A stretch of 64,000 bases of DNA from an uncultured Solirubrobacteraceae bacterium (GTDB lineage: Bacteria > Actinomycetota > Thermoleophilia > Solirubrobacterales > Solirubrobacteraceae), in assembly GCA_964588985.1 (NCBI GenBank), contig CAZPQW010000007.1, positions 32,001 through 96,000 of the forward strand, read 5' to 3'. The notes under the pieces are model-generated. The model was not told the origin of the DNA. It saw nothing but the letters and a program-made list of their open reading frames with translations, and made no database searches. The translations under genes were made by a program, and so were the position numbers. Below, in pieces: positions 45,932 through 54,308 of this stretch (position 1 is its first letter; the number at the start of each line of letters is the position of its first letter).

Positions 45932-47152
45932 ATGACCGCCCGGTCGGTGCTGATCGTGACGCGGCGCTGGGCACGCGACGGCGGCGTCGGGGCGCACGTG
46001 ATCGCAAGCGCCTCCGCGCTCGCGGGGAGCGGCATGCGCGTCGACGTGCTGGCGGCCCGGATCGAGCCCGAGGAGCAGATCCCCGGCGTGACGTTGCACC
46101 ACCGCCCGTCGTTGTTCGACAGGAACGCGCCAGCGGAGGTGCGCCTCGGCGAGCCGACGCTGCTGCATGCGGACGCGGCCCACATCCACCAGGTCGACGA
46201 CCCGGACGTCGTGCGAGCGCTGCGGCGCAGCGCGCCGGTGCTCGTGAGCGCCCACGGCTACACCGCCTGCACCTCCGGCGTGTACTACTTCCGCCCCGGC
46301 CAGGAATGCACCCGCGCCCACGGCCCCGGCTGCGTCGTGAACCTCGTCGCGCGAGGCTGCGCGCACACGACCAAACCGCAGTCGCTGCCCTCCGGCTACA
46401 GGCGCACGACCCGCGAACTCGCCGCCCTCGAGCAGGCCGACCTGCTGATCGCGTACTCGAGCTCGGTGGATCGCCACCTGGCCAACAACGGCCTCGCGCG
46501 GCGCAGGGTGATACCGCTGTTCAGCACCATGTCCCCGCGGCTCGGCTCCGGGCACGAGGACAGGCGGCGCGTCGTATTCGCGGGACGCCTGGCGAGCTCG
46601 AAGGGCACCGACGTGCTCCTCCGCGCCGCCCGCGACGTGGAGGGCGAGTTCGTGATCTGCGGAGACGGGTGGCAGCTGCCGGCGCTGGAGCGGCTCGCGC
46701 GCCGTCTCGGGATCGATCATCGGGTCTCGTTCAGGGGCTGGCTCGGCGCGGAGGAGCTCGCGCGGGAGCTCGCCGAGGCGTCGGTCGTGGCCGTGCCGTC
46801 ACTGTGGCCCGAGCCGTTCGGGCTGGTCGGGATCGAGGCGTTCGCCGCCGGGCGCCCGGTCGTGGCGAGCGCCACGGGCGGGATATCCGACTGGCTCGAG
46901 GATGGACTGAGCGGTCTGCTCGTTCCCCCCGGCGACGCGCCCGCGCTCTCGCGCGCGCTCGACGCGCTGCTGTCGGACCCGCTACGCCAGCGGACGATGG
47001 GAGCGGCGGGACGCGCCCTCGTCGCACGCCGGTTCACCCCGGCGAGCCATGTGGAGGCGCTCGTCGACGCCTACGACGCCGCGCGCGCCCACTGGCAGCT
47101 CGGCCGCGCCGCCGAAGCGGACGGCGCGGAGCCGGTCATGGCGCCCTCCTGA
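45932..47152 (+). CDS. GT4 glycosyltransferase
   Basis: FAGRL...KG and WPEPFGLVGIEA. Cys cluster C...C...C...C. Confidence 0.92.
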   Translation: MTARSVLIVTRRWARDGGVGAHVIASASALAGSGMRVDVLAARIEPEEQIPGVTLHHRPSLFDRNAPAEVRLGEPTLLHADAAHIHQVDDPDVVRALRRSAPVLVSAHGYTACTSGVYYFRPGQECTRAHGPGCVVNLVARGCAHTTKPQSLPSGYRRTTRELAALEQADLLIAYSSSVDRHLANNGLARRRVIPLFSTMSPRLGSGHEDRRRVVFAGRLASSKGTDVLLRAARDVEGEFVICGDGWQLPALERLARRLGIDHRVSFRGWLGAEELARELAEASVVAVPSLWPEPFGLVGIEAFAAGRPVVASATGGISDWLEDGLSGLLVPPGDAPALSRALDALLSDPLRQRTMGAAGRALVARRFTPASHVEALVDAYDAARAHWQLGRAAEADGAEPVMAPS

Positions 47153-48278
47153 CGGCCGCAAGCGCGATCAGCTCCATCACCGCCTCGGCGGTCCGCGCGA
47201 CGCTCATGCGCCGGGCGGAGAACTCGCGCGAGCGTGCGCCGAGAGCCTCGCGCCCCGCTTCTTCCCGGAGCAGTCCGCCGACAGCACCGGCCAGCGCGTC
47301 GGCCGTGGGCTCCACGACGAGGGCCGCGCCCGACTCGACGAGCTCGACCCAGCGGTTGGGGCCGTCGGTCGCCACCACCGGCCTGCCCGAGGCCAACGAG
47401 GCCGCGAGCGTCCCCTTGCGCGAGGACGGCCCGGCGCTCGCCACGAACAGCAGCACCTCGCACGCGGCCAGCGCGTCGGAGAGCTCCTGCGGGGAGAGCG
47501 TGCCCGAGAATGACAGCGACTCCGACAGCCCTCGCGCCCGCGCCCCTTCGCGCCACGCCTGCGCCGAGGCCGATGCGCCGCCGGGCGAGCCGAGCAGCGA
47601 AAGGCGCACGTCGCCGATCTCGTCCACCAGGCGGCGCAGCGCATCGAGCACCAGCGGCACCGCGGCGGGGTCGTAGGAGTAGCCGAACAGCCCGAGCAGC
47701 CCGCGCTGGACGTCCGAGCGCGACGGCCGAGGCAGGTTGGAGAAGACCGGGGCGACGAGCACCGGGCGGGCCGGGAGCCAGCGCCGGGAGCGAACCCAGC
47801 GAGCGCGATCCTCGGTGGTGAGCAGCGCGGCCGCCGAGGTGCGCATCACGTCGAGCAACGCCAGTCGCTGGGTGATCGCCCAGATGCGCCCCCGCGCGCC
47901 TGCCCTGCCCCACGGGTAGGCGTACTCGTGCAGCACCACGATCACGCCGGCGCCGGTCGCACGCAGCCTGCGCAGCGTTCGCGCCACGAACAGCGGCATG
48001 CCGGAGTGGGAGTACGCGAAGACGGAGTAGTGCAGCAGGATCACATCCGGGCGAGCATCGCGCAGCTCGACGGAAAGTCGCCGCAGCCAGGAGTCGATCT
48101 CGGATCTGCTGGCGAACAGCGAGCGCTCGCCGCGGACCAGCCAGTGCGTGGTGCACGCGACGCCCTCGCCGCGAAGCTCCTCGGCGAGCAGGGTCGCGTG
48201 GTCTTTGACCCCGCAGAACTCGGTGATGGACATGCCCACGACCGCGATCCGCGGCGCTCGGGGCGTCGGCTCAGCCAC
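47136..48278 (-). CDS. GT-B (GT4-like) glycosyltransferase, atypical
   Basis: CGVKDH, LHE and SGRPVVAT. Lacks the usual ExxxxxxxE motif. Confidence 0.75.
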   Translation of the reverse strand: MAEPTPRAPRIAVVGMSITEFCGVKDHATLLAEELRGEGVACTTHWLVRGERSLFASRSEIDSWLRRLSVELRDARPDVILLHYSVFAYSHSGMPLFVARTLRRLRATGAGVIVVLHEYAYPWGRAGARGRIWAITQRLALLDVMRTSAAALLTTEDRARWVRSRRWLPARPVLVAPVFSNLPRPSRSDVQRGLLGLFGYSYDPAAVPLVLDALRRLVDEIGDVRLSLLGSPGGASASAQAWREGARARGLSESLSFSGTLSPQELSDALAACEVLLFVASAGPSSRKGTLAASLASGRPVVATDGPNRWVELVESGAALVVEPTADALAGAVGGLLREEAGREALGARSREFSARRMSVARTAEAVMELIALAAVRRAP

Positions 48279-49440
48279 TCAGGATCTCTCGCCGGTAGCT
48301 CGCCGCGATTGCCTCGCCGAGGGCGTCGATGTCGCCCGTCGGCAGGATCAGGCCGTTGACGCCCGGATCGATCAGGTCCTTCATCCCTGTGTCCTCGCTG
48401 ACGAGCGCCGGCACGCCGCACGCCAGGGCCTCCGCGGGCGCGTAGGCGAAGCCGTCCTCGAACGTCGGGTGCACGCACAGGCCCGCCGTGCGCAGGTGCT
48501 CCAACGGGTCTCCGGGAGCGAGCACGATCCGCGGGTCGGCGGCGCGGGCATCTTCCACGAAGCGACGCATGCCCGGCGACTTCCAGCCGCCGATGAGGAT
48601 CAGGCGCAGGTCGGGGAACGGGAGTCGGCGCACGGCGTCGATCAGCAGCGGAACGCCCTTCGCCACGGACAGGCTGCCGATGTAGAGCACGTCGAAGGTG
48701 CTCGCCGTCCGCGCGCGGTCGCGGGGCGTGTAGCGCGGCGCGGGCGTGAGCGGGAAGATCGCCAGGCGCTCCTCGGGGAAGCCCTGCTCGAGGAACGACT
48801 CCAGCGTGTAGCGCGACGCGGCGTAGATCAGGTCGGCCTGCTCGTATTCGGAGAGATAGCGGCGCAGGATGTGTGTCCCGAAGGAGCGCTCGAGCGGGTA
48901 CTGCTCATACGCTCGGGCGTGCTGGCGCGCGACCCGGCGCACGTGCGGGCTGGCGGACATCATCGACACCGACTGATAGCCGAGAGCGCGCGCGGCCGCG
49001 AACTGCGCCGCCGCTTGGCGGATGAACGCGATCAGGTGATCGCCTGGCGGCAGCCGTCGCGCCGCGTAGGAGTCGTACTGAGCGCGAATCGCCCAGATCC
49101 GCCATGCGGGCGAGTAGCGCGTCCACGGTTCCGCCAGCTTCGTGACGGCTCGCACGCGCAGTTCCCGGCGAGCCGTGGGCGAGGGCTCGCCCCTCGTCTG
49201 CGAGGAGAGGCACACGCCCGGTGTTCCGCGGCGCTCGAGCGCGTCCATGATCTCGGCGAGGTGCCTGCCGAGCCCCCCGGAGCCGAGCTGCGCGCCGCAG
49301 GAGACCACCACGCGACCGTCGGGCAGAACCTGCTCCTGCGCCACGGCGGCCTCCGTGCGCCACTGCTCTCCAAGACCGGCCACCGTGCTGAGCGGAACCT
49401 GCTCGTCTGGCGGGACCTCCAAGTCAGTCGACCTTGTCAT
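48271..49440 (-). CDS. GT4 glycosyltransferase
   Basis: YIGSL...KG and EDGFAYAPAEALACGVP. Confidence 0.88.
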   Translation of the reverse strand: MTRSTDLEVPPDEQVPLSTVAGLGEQWRTEAAVAQEQVLPDGRVVVSCGAQLGSGGLGRHLAEIMDALERRGTPGVCLSSQTRGEPSPTARRELRVRAVTKLAEPWTRYSPAWRIWAIRAQYDSYAARRLPPGDHLIAFIRQAAAQFAAARALGYQSVSMMSASPHVRRVARQHARAYEQYPLERSFGTHILRRYLSEYEQADLIYAASRYTLESFLEQGFPEERLAIFPLTPAPRYTPRDRARTASTFDVLYIGSLSVAKGVPLLIDAVRRLPFPDLRLILIGGWKSPGMRRFVEDARAADPRIVLAPGDPLEHLRTAGLCVHPTFEDGFAYAPAEALACGVPALVSEDTGMKDLIDPGVNGLILPTGDIDALGEAIAASYRREILSG

Positions 49441-50416
49441 AGCCCCACTGCGTCACGAGGTCGCGATCCAGGTACTCGCCGAGGGCGACCACCTCCGGCC
49501 TGTAGCGCTCGCGCAGTTTCATCATGAGCTGCGCGTCGGGCGGCCGCGGCTCGCCGTACATCAGCCGCCGTCGCAGCGCGCGAATCCCGCCGCCGCCCAG
49601 CCGCTGGGGTTTGAGCCTCCCGGCGCCGTTGCGCAGCGCGCGGATCGCGGGGTTCTGCGCCATCGCGAGCGTGTGCACGAGCTGGTGCGCTCGCTGCGAG
49701 CGCAGGCGTACCGACTGGTGGACCTCCAGCTGGGGGAGCTCGAGCGTGTCGTCGACTCCGAGGAAGCGCAGCACCTTGCGCACGGTCGCCTCGTTGTCGG
49801 CGCGGAATTCGTCGTAGATGAGAACCAGCACCTGCTCGGGCGCGAACAGCGCGTGGTAGCGGCGCAGCTGCTCGACGTACCGGACGCGCTCGGAGTAGAG
49901 CAGCGCCTGCGGGCGGGGCGAGTAGCGCGGCAGGCTCCTGCCCTCGCGCCGCTCCTGCTCGAGCTCGATCGTCTTCCACAGATCGGTCTCGGTCTCCACG
50001 TGGTTGTGCAGCAGCTGCAGGTGCAGGGAGTGCAGGAAGCTCGCGGGCTCGCGAAACACCGCCACGATGCGCGCGTCCGGCTGCAGCCGCGCGATGTTGG
50101 CCGCAGCGTCGTGGGACCACAGGTACAGCGACGTGGCCTCGCCCGCGATCTGCTCGGGGCGCGCCGGCGCGAACAGCGCGAGATACTCCTCGGGCGTGTG
50201 GGGCACCGGCGCGGCGCCGCGCTGTGGAAGCTGTGTGGGAACGTCGGTGTTGAGGAACGCCGGCTCCTTGAGATCCGGCATGAAGATCTGCGGGTGGCGC
50301 TTGAGCATCTCGTACAGCGCGCTCGTGCCGCACTTTGAGTGACCCACGATGAAGAAGTCCGGGACGCGAGCCTGAGTTGTACCGATGTCGGCGAACAGCT
50401 CAGTTGACACCGTCAT
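49424..50416 (-). CDS. PAPS-dependent sulfotransferase (array member 5)
   Basis: PDFFIVGHSKCGTS, GEATSLY, REPASF and WGYD. Confidence 0.92.
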   Translation of the reverse strand: MTVSTELFADIGTTQARVPDFFIVGHSKCGTSALYEMLKRHPQIFMPDLKEPAFLNTDVPTQLPQRGAAPVPHTPEEYLALFAPARPEQIAGEATSLYLWSHDAAANIARLQPDARIVAVFREPASFLHSLHLQLLHNHVETETDLWKTIELEQERREGRSLPRYSPRPQALLYSERVRYVEQLRRYHALFAPEQVLVLIYDEFRADNEATVRKVLRFLGVDDTLELPQLEVHQSVRLRSQRAHQLVHTLAMAQNPAIRALRNGAGRLKPQRLGGGGIRALRRRLMYGEPRPPDAQLMMKLRERYRPEVVALGEYLDRDLVTQWGYDKVD

Positions 50417-51434
50417 ATCCCCAAAGTGTGACGAGATCCCTTTTCAGGTAATCGCCGATGGCAACCACCTCAGGCTTGAAGCGAACACGCAGCTCGGCCA
50501 TCACGCGCTCGTCCGGCGGCTGTGGCTTTCCATACACCAGCCGCCGTCGGATTGTGTGAAGGGCGCCGCGGCGCACCTGCTCGGGCGCGACCGCCGTCAC
50601 CGTTCGCTTGAGCACGCGCGCGAGCGGCCCGCGCCCCTCGTACAGTGCGCGCACCGTCCTGTCTAGGCGGATCGAGCGCACGCTCACCGTGGGGTTCGCC
50701 TCGATCGCCTCCACGGGCGCCGCGTCGTCGACTTCCAGGAAACGCAGCACGCGACGCACGGTGGCCTCGTTGTCAGTGCGAAAATCGTCGTATATCAACA
50801 CCAGCACGCGCTCCGGCCCGAACGTGTCGTGATAGCGACGAACCTGTTCGGCGTAGCGCACGTGGTCTGAGTAGCGACGCATGTGCCGGCCGGCTCGAAC
50901 CACATCCTCGCCGGCCAGCGCCTTGCCGAGATCCTTCTCCGTCTCCACGTGGGACTGCACCAGTTCCAGGTGCATCGAGCGCACGAAGGCGGCCGGCTCG
51001 CGCAGGATCGCGATTATGCGCGCGTCCGGGTTGACCGCGGCTATCTCCCCGGCCGCGGCTTGCGAGCGCAGGTAGGACGGAGACGCCTCGCCGGCAAGCT
51101 GCTCCGGCTCGGCCTCGGCGAACAGCGCCAGGTACTCCTCGAGCGTCCCCGGGAGCGTGCCCGCGGCAGGCGGTTCCAGCCGCGCGGGAAGGTCGGTGGC
51201 GAAGAACTTCGGCTCCTTGAGCTTCGGCATGAAGATCTGCGGATGGCGCCTGAGCATCTGGTACAGCGCCGTGGTGCCGCTCTTGTGGTGACCGACGATG
51301 AAGAAGTCGGGCACGCGCCCCGTTCCTGCACTGGACATCTGCGTACCGTGATGGTGCTCGACTGCGACGCTCCCCGCGCCACTCGGACCGTCCGGCCTCC
51401 CTACCGAACCCTGCTCCTCATCCGAGACCGTCAT
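50400..51434 (-). CDS. PAPS-dependent sulfotransferase (array member 4)
   Basis: PDFFIVGHHKSGTT, GEASPSY and WGYD. Confidence 0.92.
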   Translation of the reverse strand: MTVSDEEQGSVGRPDGPSGAGSVAVEHHHGTQMSSAGTGRVPDFFIVGHHKSGTTALYQMLRRHPQIFMPKLKEPKFFATDLPARLEPPAAGTLPGTLEEYLALFAEAEPEQLAGEASPSYLRSQAAAGEIAAVNPDARIIAILREPAAFVRSMHLELVQSHVETEKDLGKALAGEDVVRAGRHMRRYSDHVRYAEQVRRYHDTFGPERVLVLIYDDFRTDNEATVRRVLRFLEVDDAAPVEAIEANPTVSVRSIRLDRTVRALYEGRGPLARVLKRTVTAVAPEQVRRGALHTIRRRLVYGKPQPPDERVMAELRVRFKPEVVAIGDYLKRDLVTLWGYDGVN

Positions 51435-52377
51435 ATCCCCAGAGTGTAATCAGATCGCGGTCCAGGTATTTGGCGAGCTCGCGCACCTCGGGCGCGAAGC
51501 GCCGGCGCAGGTCTTCCATCAGCGCCTCGTCGGGTTGACGCGGCGGCGCGTACACGAGCCGGCGCTGGGCGAGGCCGAGCGCACCGCGACGCAGCGGCCG
51601 CGGAGCGAGCGCCTTCAACGCGGTCTTGGCGACGCGCGAGACCGGCCCGCGACCGACCGAGACGGAGTGCAGCAGTCCGTCGAGCTGCGGCGAGCGAACC
51701 CTCACGGTGGGATTCGCCTCGAGTGCCTCGATTGGGGCGTCACCCACGTCGAGGAACCTGAGTACCTTTTTCACAGTCGCCTCGTTGTCGGTGCGAAAAT
51801 CGTCATAGATCAGGACGAGTACCTGCTCTGGTGAAAATGCGGCGTGGTAGCGACGCAGCTGCTGCGCGTAGCGCACGTGATCGGAGTATTGGAGAACCTG
51901 CAGTCTCAGCTGTGAAGATCGCGGAATCTCACGGCCTTCCCGCCGGGGCCCCTGCAGCGCGATCGCCTTGGCGAGATCGTTCACCGTCTCGATACGCGAC
52001 TGCACGAACTGCATGTGGAGAGAGCGCAGGAAGCTGGCGGGCTCGCGCAGGACCGCGACGATCCGCGCCCGCGGCTGGAGCTCCGCGATCCGAGCGGCCG
52101 CCACCTCGGAGGCGAGATACAGCGGCGATGCCTCCCCGGCCATCTGGCCGGGCTGCGCCTGGGCGAACAGCGCCAGGTACTCCTCCATCGTGGCGGGCAG
52201 CTGCGTGGAGTCCTCAGGAGCGGAATGGTTGTACATGTCCTCGGCGAGGAACCGCGGCTCCTTGAGCTCCGGCATGAAGATCTTCGGATGGCGCCTGAGC
52301 ATCTCGTACAGCGCCGTGGTGCCGCTCTTGGGGTGCCCCACGACGAAGAAGTCGGGCACGCGCGGGGACTCAGACAC
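51418..52377 (-). CDS. PAPS-dependent sulfotransferase (array member 3)
   Basis: PDFFVVGHPKSGTT, GEASPLY and WGYD. Confidence 0.92.
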   Translation of the reverse strand: MSESPRVPDFFVVGHPKSGTTALYEMLRRHPKIFMPELKEPRFLAEDMYNHSAPEDSTQLPATMEEYLALFAQAQPGQMAGEASPLYLASEVAAARIAELQPRARIVAVLREPASFLRSLHMQFVQSRIETVNDLAKAIALQGPRREGREIPRSSQLRLQVLQYSDHVRYAQQLRRYHAAFSPEQVLVLIYDDFRTDNEATVKKVLRFLDVGDAPIEALEANPTVRVRSPQLDGLLHSVSVGRGPVSRVAKTALKALAPRPLRRGALGLAQRRLVYAPPRQPDEALMEDLRRRFAPEVRELAKYLDRDLITLWGYDGLG

Positions 52378-53362
52378 CGTCGTACCCCCACAGCATCACC
52401 AGGTCGCGATTCAGGTGCTCGCTCAGAGCGACCACCTCTGGCTTGAAGCGGCGACGCAGCTCGGCCATGTAAGCCTCGTCGGGCTCCTTCGGCAGACCGT
52501 AGACCACGTGGCGTCGCGTGGCCTGGAGCGCACGCCGGCGAGCCTCGCGCGGCATCACGGCCTTCAGCGCGGCCTTGGCGGCCCTGGTCAGCGGACCGCC
52601 TCCGACGGACACCATGTGCACCAGCTCGTCCAGCTGCTGCGAGCGCACGCGCACAGCTGGATTCGCGTCGTGCACCTCAAACGCCAGGGTGTCGTCCACG
52701 CCGAGGAAGCGAAGCACCCTGCGCAGCGTCTGCTCGTTCTCCGCACGGAAGTCCTCGTAGATCAGCACCAGCATCTGCTCGGCCGGGAAGACCGCTTCGT
52801 AGCGGCGCAGCTGCTCCACGTAGCGCACGTGATCTGAGTACTGCAGCGCCCCGGGCCGGTGCGAGCGACGGGGGATCCGCCGGCCTTCGGCTCTCGCACC
52901 CTCCAGCGCGATCGCCTTGCGCAGATCCTTCTCGGTCTCCACGTGGGAGCGCAGCAGCTGCTGGTGCAGCGAGCGCAGGAAGGCCGCGGGCTCGCGCAGT
53001 ATCGCCACGATCCGCGCCTCCGGCTGCACCTGGGCGATCAGGCCGGCCGCGGTGTGCGATGCCAGATACGAGGGAGATGCCTCGCCGGCGAGCTGCTCCG
53101 GCGCAGCCGCCTCGAACAGGTCCAGGTAGCGCTCGAGCGTGTCCGGAAGCGCTCCCGCGCGCGATGGCTTGAAGCGCTGGCGCATGTCGCTGGCGAAGAA
53201 GCGGGGCTCCTTGATCGCCGACATGAAGATCTGTGGGTGGCGCGCGAGCATCTCGTACAGCGCCGTGGTGCCGCACTTGGGATGCCCGACGACGAAGAAG
53301 TCCGGAACCCGCCGTGTCCCGGCGAGCACCGGCGGAAGAGCCGGCTCAGTCGACATCCTCAT
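52370..53362 (-). CDS. PAPS-dependent sulfotransferase (array member 2)
   Basis: PDFFVVGHPKCGTT, GEASPSY and WGYD. Start is 53362 or 53356. Confidence 0.92.
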   Translation of the reverse strand: MRMSTEPALPPVLAGTRRVPDFFVVGHPKCGTTALYEMLARHPQIFMSAIKEPRFFASDMRQRFKPSRAGALPDTLERYLDLFEAAAPEQLAGEASPSYLASHTAAGLIAQVQPEARIVAILREPAAFLRSLHQQLLRSHVETEKDLRKAIALEGARAEGRRIPRRSHRPGALQYSDHVRYVEQLRRYEAVFPAEQMLVLIYEDFRAENEQTLRRVLRFLGVDDTLAFEVHDANPAVRVRSQQLDELVHMVSVGGGPLTRAAKAALKAVMPREARRRALQATRRHVVYGLPKEPDEAYMAELRRRFKPEVVALSEHLNRDLVMLWGYDGV

Positions 53363-54308
53363 ACCCCCACAGCGTGAGCAGATCCCGCCCGGTGTACTCG
53401 CTGAGCGCCTCCACCTCACCCCTGAAGCGCCTGCGCAGCTCGGCCGTCAGGCTCTCGTCCGCCGGCAGCGGCTCGCGGAAGACGACGTGGCGCTGCACCG
53501 CCTCGAGCGCGCCGCGACGCATCCGGGTCGGCACGACCGCCTTGATCGCGCCCTTGACCTTCAGCGAAGTTGGTCCCCGGCCCACCGCCACCGCGTGCAC
53601 CGCTTCGTTGAGCAGCTGCGAGCGCGGGCTCACGGTCGGATTTACTTCGGATACGTGTACGGGGATCGTGTCGTCCACGTCGAGGAAGCGCAGCACCCGG
53701 CGCACCGTGGCCTCGTTGTCGTTGCGGAAGTCGTCGTAGATCAGCACCAGCATCTGCTCGCTCGGGAACACCGCATCAAAGCGGCCCAACTGCTCGACGT
53801 AGCGCACGTGGTCGGAATACCGCAGCGCCTGCGGCCAATACGTGTGGCTCGGCAGCTCGCGCCCCTCGCGTCGCACCGGCTCGAGCGCAAGCGCCTTGGC
53901 GAGATCGCTCTCGGTCTCGATGTTGGTCTGCAGGAACTGGAGATGCAGCGAGCGCAGGAGGCTCGCCGGCTCGCGCAGGATCACCACGATGCGAGCGTCC
54001 GGCCGCACCGCGGCGATCCGCTCGGCCGCGGTGTGCGACCACAGGTACAGCACCGAGGCCTCCCCCACGCGTTGATCGGGCCGCGCCTGCGCGAACAGCG
54101 CCGCGTACTCCTCGATCGTCCGCGGCGTGCCGCCCGGCCTCGGAGGCGTGCGCTCGTGCAGCTCCTCGGCGAAGAACCACGGCTCCTTGTTGTCAGGCAT
54201 GAAGACCTGCGGATGCTCTCGCAGCATCGTGTACAGGGCCGTCGTACCGCTCTTCGGCTGGCCCGCGATGAAGAAGTCGGGCAGCGACGACGGCGGCTGG
54301 GCGGACAT
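53346..54308 (-). CDS. PAPS-dependent sulfotransferase (array member 1)
   Basis: PDFFIAGQPKSGTT, GEASVLY and WGYE. TGATG coupling to the ABC gene. Confidence 0.92.
   Translation of the reverse strand: MSAQPPSSLPDFFIAGQPKSGTTALYTMLREHPQVFMPDNKEPWFFAEELHERTPPRPGGTPRTIEEYAALFAQARPDQRVGEASVLYLWSHTAAERIAAVRPDARIVVILREPASLLRSLHLQFLQTNIETESDLAKALALEPVRREGRELPSHTYWPQALRYSDHVRYVEQLGRFDAVFPSEQMLVLIYDDFRNDNEATVRRVLRFLDVDDTIPVHVSEVNPTVSPRSQLLNEAVHAVAVGRGPTSLKVKGAIKAVVPTRMRRGALEAVQRHVVFREPLPADESLTAELRRRFRGEVEALSEYTGRDLLTLWGYEDVD

Noticed and set aside
45914-46720. Long N-terminal extension of the minus-strand FkbM ORF
   Set aside because: It is antisense to the GT4 at 45932, a typical high-GC shadow frame.
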